Source: Candidatus Latescibacterota bacterium
GTDB taxonomy: Bacteria > Latescibacterota > UBA2968 > GCA-2709665
DNA: 64,000 nt
Assembly: GCA_963667175.2 (NCBI GenBank)
Contig: CAXXXF010000018.1
Location: 1 to 64,000 of the forward strand
Direction: 5' to 3'
A program made the translations under genes and the position numbers. Under the pieces are notes generated by a model. That model was not told the origin of the DNA. It did no database searches and saw nothing but the letters and a program-made list of their open reading frames with translations. The first letter of the stretch is position 1, and the number at the start of each line of letters is the position of its first letter. Positions 19,220 through 29,622 of the stretch are shown piece after piece.

Positions 19220-20039
19220 CGTGATTCTCCTCGGTTAGATTGAGACGGTTCAGCCCCCGCAGGACCAGCACGATTGCATGGTCAATGTGCGGTGTACGGG
19301 CGAGGGTGGCGTTCTCTTCTTCTGAAAGTCCATTGCTCAAGTCTGAAGGCGAGAACCCGACGAATTCTTGCCGTCCAGGCCAGTCCGGCCGGGAGCCTGC
19401 CCAACGGTCAACCAGGCCAAAGGTCTCCGCAATATCCCGCGTGCAGCCGCCAAAGCCTCCCAGCAGGAACAGCGGCTGACCTTCACGGAGTGATAACAGG
19501 GCTTCCTCCGCAATCCCGGGCATGGAACCTTTGTATCCGGTAACGCGGCCGCCCAGCACAACTCTCGCCTGTGCGGCTTCGCGCATGACGTGCCGCATGG
19601 TGGTGAGCCCGGTGGTCCATTCCATGTCGGTTGGCTGATGCGAATCGCGCTGAGTCCAGTCCGAAGGGTATAGGCGTCTGCCATCCTGTGTCAGGCAGAT
19701 CAGCTCTCCGGTACCGGCAAGACTACGGGAGATTTCCTCAAGTTCCTCCGCCTCCTTACCTACATGGACCGGCCACGCAAGGTAGTTGGTCACGCCAATT
19801 CGGACCTCGCTTTCCTTGCGTTGGTAGCGACTCACCAACTCGAACAGCAGGTCAGTAAAGCCGTCCTTCCGAAGGTCGCCTCCATAGGCGAGGCTTGCGC
19901 CTGAGGAGAGCAAATGCAGCGCGAGTCTATCCATCGCATCGCGCAGATGCGCGTCGCTCAGGCCCAATACCGGCATGTCAGGGCTTTCCGATATCGAGAT
20001 CGCCACATTGATGCCGGCGATCGTTGGCATGTAGCCCAT
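19206..20039 (-). CDS. SLOG-domain protein (TIR-associated)
   Basis: VAISISES, LAYGGDLR, LTTMR, RVVLGG, GSMPGIAEEA and LLGGFGG motifs. Confidence 0.82.
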   Translation of the reverse strand: MGYMPTIAGINVAISISESPDMPVLGLSDAHLRDAMDRLALHLLSSGASLAYGGDLRKDGFTDLLFELVSRYQRKESEVRIGVTNYLAWPVHVGKEAEELEEISRSLAGTGELICLTQDGRRLYPSDWTQRDSHQPTDMEWTTGLTTMRHVMREAAQARVVLGGRVTGYKGSMPGIAEEALLSLREGQPLFLLGGFGGCTRDIAETFGLVDRWAGSRPDWPGRQEFVGFSPSDLSNGLSEEENATLARTPHIDHAIVLVLRGLNRLNLTEENHDESN

Positions 20040-20041
20040 CG

Positions 20042-21286
20042 TTATGCCTCCGTAAGCCACCGGGTCAGATTTCGTAACCGGACGTGCGGCGCGACATTTT
20101 CAAATAGCTGTTCTTCCTCAGCCCCCAGAGGAGGATCGGGATATACGATCATGGGATCCGTTACTTCCGTACGGGTCGGCAACTTTTCAAGAGGGCGTAA
20201 CTCCGCACTTCCAAGAGAGATCGGCTCGCTCGCTAAAGAGAGCAGTTCAGGAGGCCTGGCCATGAATAAGACATCCGGGTTCTCTCCGCTTGCGAGTCCG
20301 ATGCGGCAACGCCAGAGATAATCTTTGAACACCTCGTCGAGTAAACAGCCAATTACCCTTTCAATCCGAGACGTCTTATCCGGTACCGCCTCACCAGGAT
20401 CCATACGCACATTGGGAACGTTGCCCATGTACGGAAAGGCACGCTCGTCAACGTCTCTTACGCAATTGACCACAATCATCGGAACATTGCAGCGTTTCGC
20501 TTGAATGATCTCCCGCCGACACCATTCGCGAGACGAGTAGGTGTCAGTATGCACGGCCACGAGTGCGCTCCGCTTGACGTGCAGCTCCAGCACCTGCTGG
20601 AACGGTGTCCCCGCGGGAATGTCGAGCACATCGAAAAAACTCGACAGCCCGCTGTTCCTATGCAGCCAGTCTCGAATATCCCGGGCAATACGCTCACCGT
20701 CGCCATCGTGTTTTGAATGGCTGAGGAAAACCTGCACCTTTTCCAGGTAACGCTCAAGATCCGTGGCATCCTCTACCCGATGTTCGAGATGCTTGAGATA
20801 GTGCCTGAGCATCCGGCTGAACTCGTATGAGAGTTCCCTGACGAGGCGTTGTGATCGCTCCGTATTATCTCCTTCCCAGCGGTCCCAGCGCAGCGCCTGG
20901 ACGTCGAGCCCGAACTCGAGCCCCGCCTGTTCCACCGCCACCGGGAACACGCGTGCCACAAACCCTCTTGCATTCGCGTCATTGATCAAACCGTTCATGT
21001 ATTTCCGCCATGCAGAGTCTGCTGCAAGTGCGGACTCCGACAGCACGACAACCGCCGATGTCTCCGCCTCGTATAAATCGATATCAATGGGTATTTCTGT
21101 GGCTGGTTCGGGGGCGCTATGGAAAGCAACGTTCAGATCTACATTTCCCAAGAGGTTTTTGTACCTCTTGCTGCGGAAGTGCTCGAAAATCAGCTCGGCT
21201 ATATCCGATCCTTCTGAGTAATCTGGATGCCAGACGACATGTACGGCCAAAATTGCACGGGCGAGGTCAACCAAATCAACCCCCAT
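20042..21286 (-). CDS. Multi-domain TIR protein
   Basis: Central TIR: VFLSHSKHDG, FFDVLDI, YSSREWCRREI; C-terminal VYPDPPLGAEE. Start is uncertain (up to 21370). Confidence 0.82.
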   Translation of the reverse strand: MGVDLVDLARAILAVHVVWHPDYSEGSDIAELIFEHFRSKRYKNLLGNVDLNVAFHSAPEPATEIPIDIDLYEAETSAVVVLSESALAADSAWRKYMNGLINDANARGFVARVFPVAVEQAGLEFGLDVQALRWDRWEGDNTERSQRLVRELSYEFSRMLRHYLKHLEHRVEDATDLERYLEKVQVFLSHSKHDGDGERIARDIRDWLHRNSGLSSFFDVLDIPAGTPFQQVLELHVKRSALVAVHTDTYSSREWCRREIIQAKRCNVPMIVVNCVRDVDERAFPYMGNVPNVRMDPGEAVPDKTSRIERVIGCLLDEVFKDYLWRCRIGLASGENPDVLFMARPPELLSLASEPISLGSAELRPLEKLPTRTEVTDPMIVYPDPPLGAEEEQLFENVAPHVRLRNLTRWLTEA

Positions 21287-21467
21287 AGGATATAATAACT
21301 GAAGCCGTAGCAAAATCGCAAGTCCGGGTTCTGTTTTTTGGCCAACATGCAACGGTAAGACTTTCGTCAATTCACCCCGTCGCTTTATGCGCTCAGCTAA
21401 AGCAAGTCCGAACCCGCGTTGTGTTTTCTCACTTCCAACTTAGCAATATATGTGCCGCCCCTCAGCA

Positions 21468-21656
21468 TTACCCTTGATTCTCCGACTCAGAGGTAATGCG
21501 GCGGGCGGGATAGCGGACGTACTTGCGGCCGGAAGCCTTCTGTCTGGCTTGAATATCTGTGAAAATCGCCATCACGTCGTACCCGAACCGGGCAGCGTGT
21601 TCGTCCCGGACAGCCCGAACTTCTGCGATAATTGGGTCAACCTGACGTTTCTTCAT
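21468..21656 (-). CDS. Small protein of the DPII.EVR..R..HAA type, probable orphan antitoxin
   Basis: DPIIAEVRAVRDEHAARFGYD pattern, which usually accompanies PIN genes; no PIN gene upstream. Confidence 0.6.
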   Translation of the reverse strand: MKKRQVDPIIAEVRAVRDEHAARFGYDVMAIFTDIQARQKASGRKYVRYPARRITSESENQG

Positions 21657-22029
21657 TTTATTACCAAGAGTAGTAAATAGTGGACAGTGGCCAGTGGTCA
21701 GGAAGAGCAGTTGTCAGCTTCCATTTGTTTTCAGGAGCAGCAAATAGTCGACATCCGGATCCAACCAAAGAAGAGTGGGAGGATGTAAACAATACGGTGC
21801 TCCCCGTAATATTATAGTTTCCCATCGTCGGATCTTGCGAGCCCAGGTCGTGCCGGAACACCACCAGCAATGACCGGCTTTTTGCGAATAAAAATGCAGA
21901 TTTATCAAAGGCCCCCAGAGTAGCCAAAGAAATTTCAGCTGCAAAACAATTTCGACAAGTCATCGAGCAAGGTTCGTAGAAAAAGCACTTGCTTGCGTAA
22001 GCTATTTCGGCTAATATGTATGGACAAAA

Positions 22030-22490
22030 ATGTCGAAAGAAAAGAGAAATTGGTGGTGGAGATTTGTAGGGTGGATTCCCGAGAAAGATTCCGAAAGGGA
22101 ATCCGTTTGGAGCGTATCTAAACGACGACGAGGAATCTTTACCGTCACGGTAGTTTTCGTTTTAGGGTATCTTATACTATGGTCTCCCGGAATATCATTA
22201 GAAGATAACGGGCTACTTAACAACAAAACCATAGAACAGTTTATACGATTTGGTGTATTTTCAGTTGTATTGACATTCTTTGTTTTTGAGGGGTGGACAT
22301 CATGGGAGCTCTTTCTACCTGGGTCGCCACCTGGGCATTGGCACGTAAGGATGCCCTGGAAAAAGCAGAAAGAGAAGCAGAGAAGGAACGCACACACCGC
22401 GAACGAGTAGAACGTGAGCTCGAATTACTGAAGGCAGAACTTGATGGCCTTCGAATGCAAAACAGGATCAATAGGGATAGTAGGGAATAA
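22030..22490 (+). pseudogene. Two-TM plus coiled-coil protein frameshifted in a G4 run
   Basis: ...GVFSVVLTFFVFEG | VDIMGAL...; one extra G at 22290-22293 joins the two ORFs; similar to the 59293 ORF (GVFAATTAFFILKGVDF). Confidence 0.55.
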
Positions 22491-22669
22491 ACGTAGGGGA
22501 ATTCCTACAAAATGACGCCAGGCTCGCATTAGGGTTGGATGTGGCGGCTCATTTCATTAAGAATTCCGGAAGTAATTAACCAATTCTCGAACCCCTCTGC
22601 AAACCTATCGGAATCAAGAAAGTCTTGTTACTTCCTCGCGATTGTTAAAACGCCTTCTGTCCATCCTAT

Positions 22670-22840
22670 TTACTCCCGGCCTCTTCCTGTCAAAATCAAC
22701 ATCGCAGCAATCCGCCTCGCGACCTCCGCAAAGTAATGTACTTCCTCGGGCTTGAGCGGCCTTCCGAGCACCTTCCGTTCGCGATAGGATAGCCATTTCT
22801 TGGTTACTCGGTAGCCGCCGAATTCGTATTTCCAATTGGC
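22670..22840 (-). pseudogene. Diverged duplicate of the 3' end of the type IIG/ISP R-M gene
   Basis: WKYEFGGYRVTKKWLSYRERKVLGRPLKPEEVHYFAEVARRIAA versus WNYKLGGYQVLKKWLSYRERKVLDRALKPEEVQYFAEVARRIAG at 33014-33168; about 85% nt identity by manual alignment. Confidence 0.9.
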
Positions 22841-22998
22841 AGAGCGTGTCAATGATGACCATAGCGTCCATTGCAGGATCGGATTAATCAGGCCATCTGG
22901 TTACAAACGTTCCGAGTTTCAGGAATTTACCTTGAACATTGATTCCGATATTCCGCCTTATTGGCACGTTCCGTCACCGTCTCTTACATCGGGACGGT

Positions 22999-24141
22999 TC
23001 AACCGTAAATCACGGAGATAAGCTGAACCCACCTCTCACTCAGCGCTTCAAAACGGTCTCCGCATTCAATACCCAAGACGTTACGTTGGTTCGCAAACAG
23101 GACGGCAGACCAGTGACCTGATGCCACCGAACTTGGGTACTTGATACCTTCGACGGTTTTTCCATTGATTTCAGGTATGCATCTGATGTATTCGGTTACA
23201 ATCTGAGTGGGAACATATTCAATATGCGTGCGGTCATCCTGGCAGATTGGATCCGAAATTGTATCCCGCACAATGTGCAAGAACATAAGTATTTCTCTGG
23301 CGTCGTTTCCCATTTCATCTTGAGAACAAACAAAGAGACTTGGGATCGGTGGAAGACTGCTCAGGTCCAGGACAAGAGCGGGTCTGGCTAACTGGAAGCG
23401 GCCAACAGAAACGGCCTCGGGATGTGCACGTATTTCAGCTATTGCAGTATCGGGCTCGTCACTGACATATAGCATTGAAACGCCAGCCGGACTCATTCGA
23501 TTTTGTTTCGCTTTGTCAGGCGGGGGTGGTCCAAGATGCTTGGGTTCGGTCCAGGGAGACCCCGGACAGTGTTTCCGAGCGCGAAAGAGCGGCACTTCCG
23601 GTTTTAGCTGATTGAAGAGTCCTTGACGTTCAGCGTACTTGACAATACTATCGAGAACTCTTGCAGGAGTCAGAAGTTCGCCGCCATCCGAGCCGTGGTG
23701 GTCAAAGAAGAAACGACGTTCATGTTTTACTACGCGACAGAATTCGTCCCAACTCAACTTGGCCAAGTCCCAGGTGCCTAAGCTGAACGGCCTTGAGTCA
23801 CACCACACAATGTCATCCAGTGAGTGTACAAGGCGACTTATCAATTCACCAGAATCGTCGTTTGGAAGCCCAATTTCCAATTCGTCGTGAATCAAGTCGT
23901 ACGAATCCCAGTGGAGCCCCTGGTAACCTCCCTCTGCTGATTCGAAATCCAGGTGATCGGCAGCATTGGCGTACTCTTTCTCCACACATCGGCGGAGGTG
24001 ATTCCCAACTTCATCTACGTCAGCGGCAATAGGTTGTTCGTCCTCATTCCCGCAGAAATCACATTCTTTGGATTCAGCATTGCACTCTATAAATTGGCAC
24101 ATGCCTTCTTCTTCAAAGCAACTACTGCACACATAATCCAT
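22999..24141 (-). CDS. RES-domain protein with Zn-ribbon/HEPN-RES N-terminal domain
   Basis: CxxC...CxxC N-terminus; LFRAR, LGPPP, QNRMSPAGVSMLY, EYVPTQIVTEYIR, GIKYPSS. Confidence 0.85.
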   Translation of the reverse strand: MDYVCSSCFEEEGMCQFIECNAESKECDFCGNEDEQPIAADVDEVGNHLRRCVEKEYANAADHLDFESAEGGYQGLHWDSYDLIHDELEIGLPNDDSGELISRLVHSLDDIVWCDSRPFSLGTWDLAKLSWDEFCRVVKHERRFFFDHHGSDGGELLTPARVLDSIVKYAERQGLFNQLKPEVPLFRARKHCPGSPWTEPKHLGPPPPDKAKQNRMSPAGVSMLYVSDEPDTAIAEIRAHPEAVSVGRFQLARPALVLDLSSLPPIPSLFVCSQDEMGNDAREILMFLHIVRDTISDPICQDDRTHIEYVPTQIVTEYIRCIPEINGKTVEGIKYPSSVASGHWSAVLFANQRNVLGIECGDRFEALSERWVQLISVIYG

Positions 24142-24442
24142 GACGTCCTTTTCCTCAAATGCGAAGTCTGCAGTTGAACGCGTAACTTAGGAAATGGTGA
24201 ACACCCCTTCCTTCCAATAGCCCGTTTCAATCCGCGTTCAAGTGCAATCAATCCAATTGACCGACCATTAAGGTAACTACAAAAACGGGCAGCCATTTCC
24301 TCCAACTACCCGTCCAGGGTCGCATTGTTTGCCGCTCCGTTGTTTTACTCATCCCGAGAGCGACCGGAATTTAACTCCCGATTGTTCAGCGAGTCTTCGC
24401 ACATGCAATTCCGCGAACAATCCCTCGGTTCCCCGCTTGTCG

Positions 24443-25270
24443 CTATACGTTCTGCCGTCTGATCTTCAGTGTTCCGATCAGATTCAAGATGGCATTCCTT
24501 ATTGAATCCGCACTGTCAGATGCGAACACAACACAGTCGACGTCCTCTGAGTGGAGACGATGCTGAATATTGATGTGTTCATCTATAAAGGGATAATAGA
24601 TCACGGCGGCGAAACTGGAATCTGGAAACGCGGCCTTGAGATTTCGTGCTTTGTTCACTATCTCGTCGCATCGCTTGTGGATGTCGCGTCGCGCCTCTAT
24701 GCGCTTGACGTCTATTCCCACCTGAACGTCGTCGGTGGCGGGATTGGCTGCGTCAAGTTCGAAGGTCTCTCCACCTACCGCGAATTTGCGTTTGCTGAAG
24801 GGATTTTCCGCACGCTTTCTTAGCTCATCCGATATTCTTCGTTCCCAGTGTCCCTTATTCTTCCGGATTTCCTTGTCCGCAAATGCAACGCGATCAACCG
24901 TGCCCAGAGATGGGATCTCCAGGTATTGGGGCAAAAACGGTTTAATGTATCCCGCAATCACGTTGGCAGACTCACGTGTAAGGCGCGGATCGTACGTATT
25001 CAGATTTTTGATGCCGAGATCTCTTTCGATCGCCCTTGCCGCAATATTGCAGACAGCTATCAATGGCTTGAGAACGAGCGGATACCGAAGTATGCCCTCT
25101 GCCAGATCAAAAGCAGTCATCGCTGAGAACAAAATTACGCTAACTTCGCGGTTTTCAATGAAGCCGGAAAAGGCCTCGAAAAGGGCCTTCTCGACTTGCA
25201 CTTTTCTTTCTCCGGCGTCGCTCTGCACCGCATTTATATAGTCTGCTTGAGAACTGTAGTCGGAGACCAT
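24443..25270 (-). CDS. Probable type II restriction endonuclease (PD-(D/E)xK)
   Basis: FELDAA...GIDVK nuclease motif; directly downstream of a DNA MTase. Confidence 0.65.
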   Translation of the reverse strand: MVSDYSSQADYINAVQSDAGERKVQVEKALFEAFSGFIENREVSVILFSAMTAFDLAEGILRYPLVLKPLIAVCNIAARAIERDLGIKNLNTYDPRLTRESANVIAGYIKPFLPQYLEIPSLGTVDRVAFADKEIRKNKGHWERRISDELRKRAENPFSKRKFAVGGETFELDAANPATDDVQVGIDVKRIEARRDIHKRCDEIVNKARNLKAAFPDSSFAAVIYYPFIDEHINIQHRLHSEDVDCVVFASDSADSIRNAILNLIGTLKIRRQNV

Positions 25271-25286
25271 TATCCTGCCCTGTGGA

Positions 25287-26252
25287 CTATGCAGGCGCCA
25301 GTTTTCGGGCACACACGTCGATATTCAAGAACATATCCTGGCCGGCGCTACTTAGTCTGCGATCCGCCATCGAGTAATAGTGTTCGTCCAGTTCGACACC
25401 GACGCTGTGTCTGCCCCAATTGGCTGCGGCCAGATTCGTGGTGCCTGTTCCCATAAAGGGGTCAAGAACGGTATCGCCCGCGAAGCTGAACATCCTCACC
25501 AGTCTGGTGGCCAATTCAAGCGGATAGGGCGCCGGATGCTTCCTGGTAGACTCGCCCGTGACATCGTGCCAAATCTGCTGAAACCACCGTTTATGGTTGG
25601 CATCGGAAATCGTGCTCAACAGGCGAGCCGCTTTGCTGGGTCTCCGGTAACCGCCCGGCTTCCTCAGCATAAGAATGTACTCAATGTCATTCTTTATTAC
25701 GCCGTTTGGCTCATACGGCTTGCCCAGGAATCTCGAGTTGCCTTCTACCTCGTACGATGCGTTTGCGATCTTGTGCCAGATGATCGGAGCAAGATTCGAG
25801 TAACCTATGCGCCGGCACCGTTCCTGGATTGAAGAATGGAGAGGCACACAAGTATGTTCGCCCCTGTTTTTTCGCCGTGATAAACATACGTCTCCGACGA
25901 CACAAATCAGACGCCCCCCAGGGACGAGAGCTTCGTGTACCTTTCGCCATACCGAATCCAGCAGGTTGAGAAACTCATCATAGTTCTCAACATGCCCCAG
26001 TTGACCGTCCCCCTCGCGATACCTCTTCAGGGTCCAGTAGGGTGGCGAAGTCACGGCGAGATGAACGGAACCCGGCGCCGCGAATTCAAGCTGAGTAGAA
26101 TTGCCAAGGTGGAGAACGTGTTTCGTGGGGATTTTTCGCACGGCCATCTCTATAGCGTTCATGGAACCGGACTTCGCCAACGCAGGGATAAGCCGGTCAA
26201 GGTCTGCTTCGGTTCGTACCGACTTTGGCAGGTACTCACTAAGATCTTGCAT
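25287..26252 (-). CDS. Site-specific DNA methyltransferase, beta class (probably N4-C)
   Basis: Motif IV TSPPY precedes HPAPYP and motif I VLDPFMGTGTT. Confidence 0.9.
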   Translation of the reverse strand: MQDLSEYLPKSVRTEADLDRLIPALAKSGSMNAIEMAVRKIPTKHVLHLGNSTQLEFAAPGSVHLAVTSPPYWTLKRYREGDGQLGHVENYDEFLNLLDSVWRKVHEALVPGGRLICVVGDVCLSRRKNRGEHTCVPLHSSIQERCRRIGYSNLAPIIWHKIANASYEVEGNSRFLGKPYEPNGVIKNDIEYILMLRKPGGYRRPSKAARLLSTISDANHKRWFQQIWHDVTGESTRKHPAPYPLELATRLVRMFSFAGDTVLDPFMGTGTTNLAAANWGRHSVGVELDEHYYSMADRRLSSAGQDMFLNIDVCARKLAPA

Positions 26253-26779
26253 TTGGCGCCCTCGGGTCAAATCGGTATGTATATTTGATCGGCTTTGGCC
26301 GTATTCCAACGAAAACACCGACCCACCTTCTGTATTGGCAGAACATCGTCTGACAATGACAAATGTCCCGATCGAATACGCAAAATCGGGACCAACGATT
26401 CAACGCGTTGCGCCACGTGAGTCAGCGTAGATTGCATCGTGATCCCACGTTCAGATAGGGAGGTGTGACTGTTCAAAGTTTGATCGCCACCGCTCCGATT
26501 CGACGAGGCATTTTTATTGTAGCCGAATAAACCGCAATCGTCAAGGTTCAATTCTTCATTTTGATGGGAATCCTTCTGCGGTATGGCTTACGTGGCTTCG
26601 ACTCAGTCGGTCAGGATCCGTTGTTGCATCAATGTAATTGTGCAAACAGTTCAGTCCGCGTCGAGCGCTCCCAGCATGAAAATGACTCAACCAGTACGCA
26701 TTTCTCCCACCGCGTTCCGCCTGCCATGACACACCCAATTCCGCTGAAGGCTCGTGTCAATGTATTCTGGATGGTAGGG

Positions 26780-28111
26780 TCAGACTGTCGGCCGGCGTGT
26801 ACGGTCTTGATGGCGGTATCTGATGCCGGCGATCTTTTCTTCCTGGTCCTTCCAGTAGTCGTGCATAAAGGAGACGATATGTACCGCGTCCTCGACGACA
26901 ATGTGTAGATGATTCTCGTAGAACTTCGCACGGGGATAGGTGCGCCATCTGACGATTGGACCTTGGGCAGACCAGACGTCGCTATCGCTGCGGTAGACGT
27001 GCAGTTGATCGGACGTCTCAAGCAGAATTCCGAAGTACGCCAGACCGGCCTTAATAGCGTCGGTTTTTTCTTTGAGGGGTATTGAACCGACGGATCCGAA
27101 AGGAGATTCGCGGTGCTGGTGGCGGGCTTCGTTCGTCACTTCGGCGCCGGAGGCAATTATCGTTTTGTCAGAAACCAACAACGCTTTGGGCGTGTCGATT
27201 TCTGGCTTTGTGACGTTTTTCTGCACGTACCGCATGACAGTTACTTCGTTGCCGGAGATACCGCAAATCTTGTCTCCGGCGCCCCAGCTCAAGCCGTTTA
27301 CACGTTCTGTGCGAAGTATCTCCGATCCATCGAATTCGCGAATGAACTCCCGCCGGAGACGTCCCGACCTGGCAGGATCCGGTTGCCAGCCGAAAGCCAG
27401 CAGACAGGATTCTCCAACCAGTGACGTGCTGTAGACACTCGCAAATGCCCAGTCCGCATAAGTGGAATGCCTGCCAGTTAGCTGGCTGATGCCGCCATTT
27501 TCTCGATTGGAATCTGGTAAGTAGATGTTTCCGCCATTCGTATCATCATCTCGGGAACGAAGATCCAATTCGAAGAGTCCGTCATCGCCGGCAGAAAGAG
27601 CCATTCGTCCTTGTGATGCCGAGGCCGAATACACCTGCGCATCCCAGTGTTTCTTCGGTCTGGAACTGACCGGGTATCGCCGGTTATTTCGATGGGCTGT
27701 AGCTGACCAGAGCCCGCCGTATGTCACGAGATAGAGCCTGTTGTTGAAGATTACGGTGTCCGTGGGGAGTTCCGGGACCGGATTGTCCTGCTCGCCATAC
27801 AGGGCGCAATTCAGCAATTCTGGAGTGATGACCGGCGCTTCAGCTCTGAGCTTTACAAGGCTCGTATCAAGCAGTTTCCGAAATGCCGGATCGTCGAATA
27901 CGGCGAGTACGTCCGGATTGTACAGCGAGTTTCCACGTAACCAGGCCGCCTTGACTGCGAGGGACCCACCGGCCTTTGGATACGCCAAATCGATCAGTCT
28001 CTCCCAGTCGTACACGGAAAGGCGGCCATCATAGTGCCAGAGGTACAGGCGACCTCGATAGATCTGCACATCCCAGAAATCGCCCGGAATCGAAAGCACT
28101 AAAGGTTGCAT
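26780..28111 (-). CDS. Hypothetical 443 aa beta-rich (propeller-like) protein
   Basis: Long ORF; start overlaps the upstream gene's stop; repeated short beta-strand/Trp patterns. Confidence 0.7.
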   Translation of the reverse strand: MQPLVLSIPGDFWDVQIYRGRLYLWHYDGRLSVYDWERLIDLAYPKAGGSLAVKAAWLRGNSLYNPDVLAVFDDPAFRKLLDTSLVKLRAEAPVITPELLNCALYGEQDNPVPELPTDTVIFNNRLYLVTYGGLWSATAHRNNRRYPVSSRPKKHWDAQVYSASASQGRMALSAGDDGLFELDLRSRDDDTNGGNIYLPDSNRENGGISQLTGRHSTYADWAFASVYSTSLVGESCLLAFGWQPDPARSGRLRREFIREFDGSEILRTERVNGLSWGAGDKICGISGNEVTVMRYVQKNVTKPEIDTPKALLVSDKTIIASGAEVTNEARHQHRESPFGSVGSIPLKEKTDAIKAGLAYFGILLETSDQLHVYRSDSDVWSAQGPIVRWRTYPRAKFYENHLHIVVEDAVHIVSFMHDYWKDQEEKIAGIRYRHQDRTRRPTV

Positions 28112-28515
28112 TTCTTACCCCCGGATATCTTCGCGACATGGTGCTTCTGAAGGAGCCCCTGCTTGACCCAAATCTTGAGCACACATATAGGCGGGCGATC
28201 CTGGGTGCGTCTCCTATAGTCCGCAGGATAACCGTGTCATTTGGAAATAGTACTACCGTCAACGAACTTCCCGAAGAATAGTGATTCCCCGTGAACATTG
28301 ATTCCGACCGTCCGAAGGCGACGACCTCCGGGCTCGGCCGCCCAACAAATCTGACCTGGACGGCGCGCCGCTGGCAACGCAGCCGCGAATAAGGCGACTT
28401 CGTCATCTACGGAAATTGTCCATTTGCAGCTTTCGCTTGTTGGAGATCCGCGGTGCTTTGGATGGATGAAATATCGCACGTCAGGGCGGATTACGATTGT
28501 TTCACGAATTCTCAT
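28099..28515 (-). pseudogene. Small WHGYP-motif protein with TGG>TGA nonsense mutation
   Basis: ...FFGKFVDGSTISK*HGYPADYRRRTQDRPP...ISGGKKCNL*; the frame continues 46 codons past TGA 28237-28239 to a stop that overlaps the next ATG. Confidence 0.7.
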
Positions 28516-29622
28516 GAAGAGTGCGCTTTCCCGAGAGTTGTTCTTTTCGCGTCCGTTCACTCATGAGGTTTACGCTGTGACTGAAAATCCATTACGCAAC
28601 TCAGAAACGACCACAAGCTCGGCCTCGCCAATTGCAACTCCGAGGTAGAAAGTTCTATCCAACTCGTCTTCATCGTTGGCGGAGGTCGGTTCTGGCAGTC
28701 AACATCAATATCCCCGTAATTCTCCGCGCAACATCCACAGAGTGGCCCGTCCGCTCGTGTTTTAGAAACCTTGCAAGCATTTTTCACTATGTGACAGCCG
28801 TCGCTTTAGCGCCTCCGCAAACACCGAGTTTGCGGCGTCAAATCTTTTTGAGCACCCCTCTTGACAAGATCTCAAAACCGCCATTAATTGACGTATGGCG
28901 GATTGCATATCGGGCATTCAGTGCCGTGCAGATTGTCCGGTCAGACGTCTGTGCGGTCATCCGCATGCCGATAACGGTTGCTCTTCCAGGGCTTTGTCTT
29001 CCTACGCACTAATAACCGCGAAAAACCCCACTTCAACACGTTTGTAACCTATAGGAATTCAGCTACGAAAGCCTGCCAAGCTTGAGATCAGTCACAAGGA
29101 CCCCAGAAGGTATACAATGTGGAGATACGTCAATTACAACGGATTGGATCGGTATTGCCGATACCTTAACGTAGGGTTGTATCGAGTGGATGATCCAATC
29201 TCAATGACGATCTGTCAAGGGACTTTTGGCCAATTCCTCAAAGACAGATTACGGATTCAGCGGATGCCTTGTGGATTCTCGATGGTAGAAATGATCGTCA
29301 AGGGTGCGCTGTTACCGGACTTATTCGTGCGGTTTCCTTCCGAGTCACTGCTGTCCAAGAACCGTCGGATTCCCAGAGATAAGGTTCGAAAAATGGCTAC
29401 AATAGGCGATTTTGGACGGGTTTGACCCGGATAATGAAAACCAGGTTTGCCATCGTCTGCGCGATGCTGTCCAAGAACAAGGTGACGTTTCCAGCGGCCA
29501 TAATTGTGCTGTTTCCGTCTCAATAAGCCCGTGAAATAAGCACTTTGTGAATCTCAGGCAATCTTGGTCGAGGGATTGCTTCGCGGAAGTGAACCAGATG
29601 CTGTCCAAGACTGAAACCGATT

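Noticed and set aside
21661-21963. PIN toxin upstream of the small antitoxin-like gene
   Set aside because: No PIN acidic motifs recognisable in the frames examined.
28237-28239. Alternative genetic code (TGA=Trp) or amber recoding at 12051
   Set aside because: TGA and TAG serve as normal stops in many intact genes here; isolated nonsense mutations are the simpler explanation.
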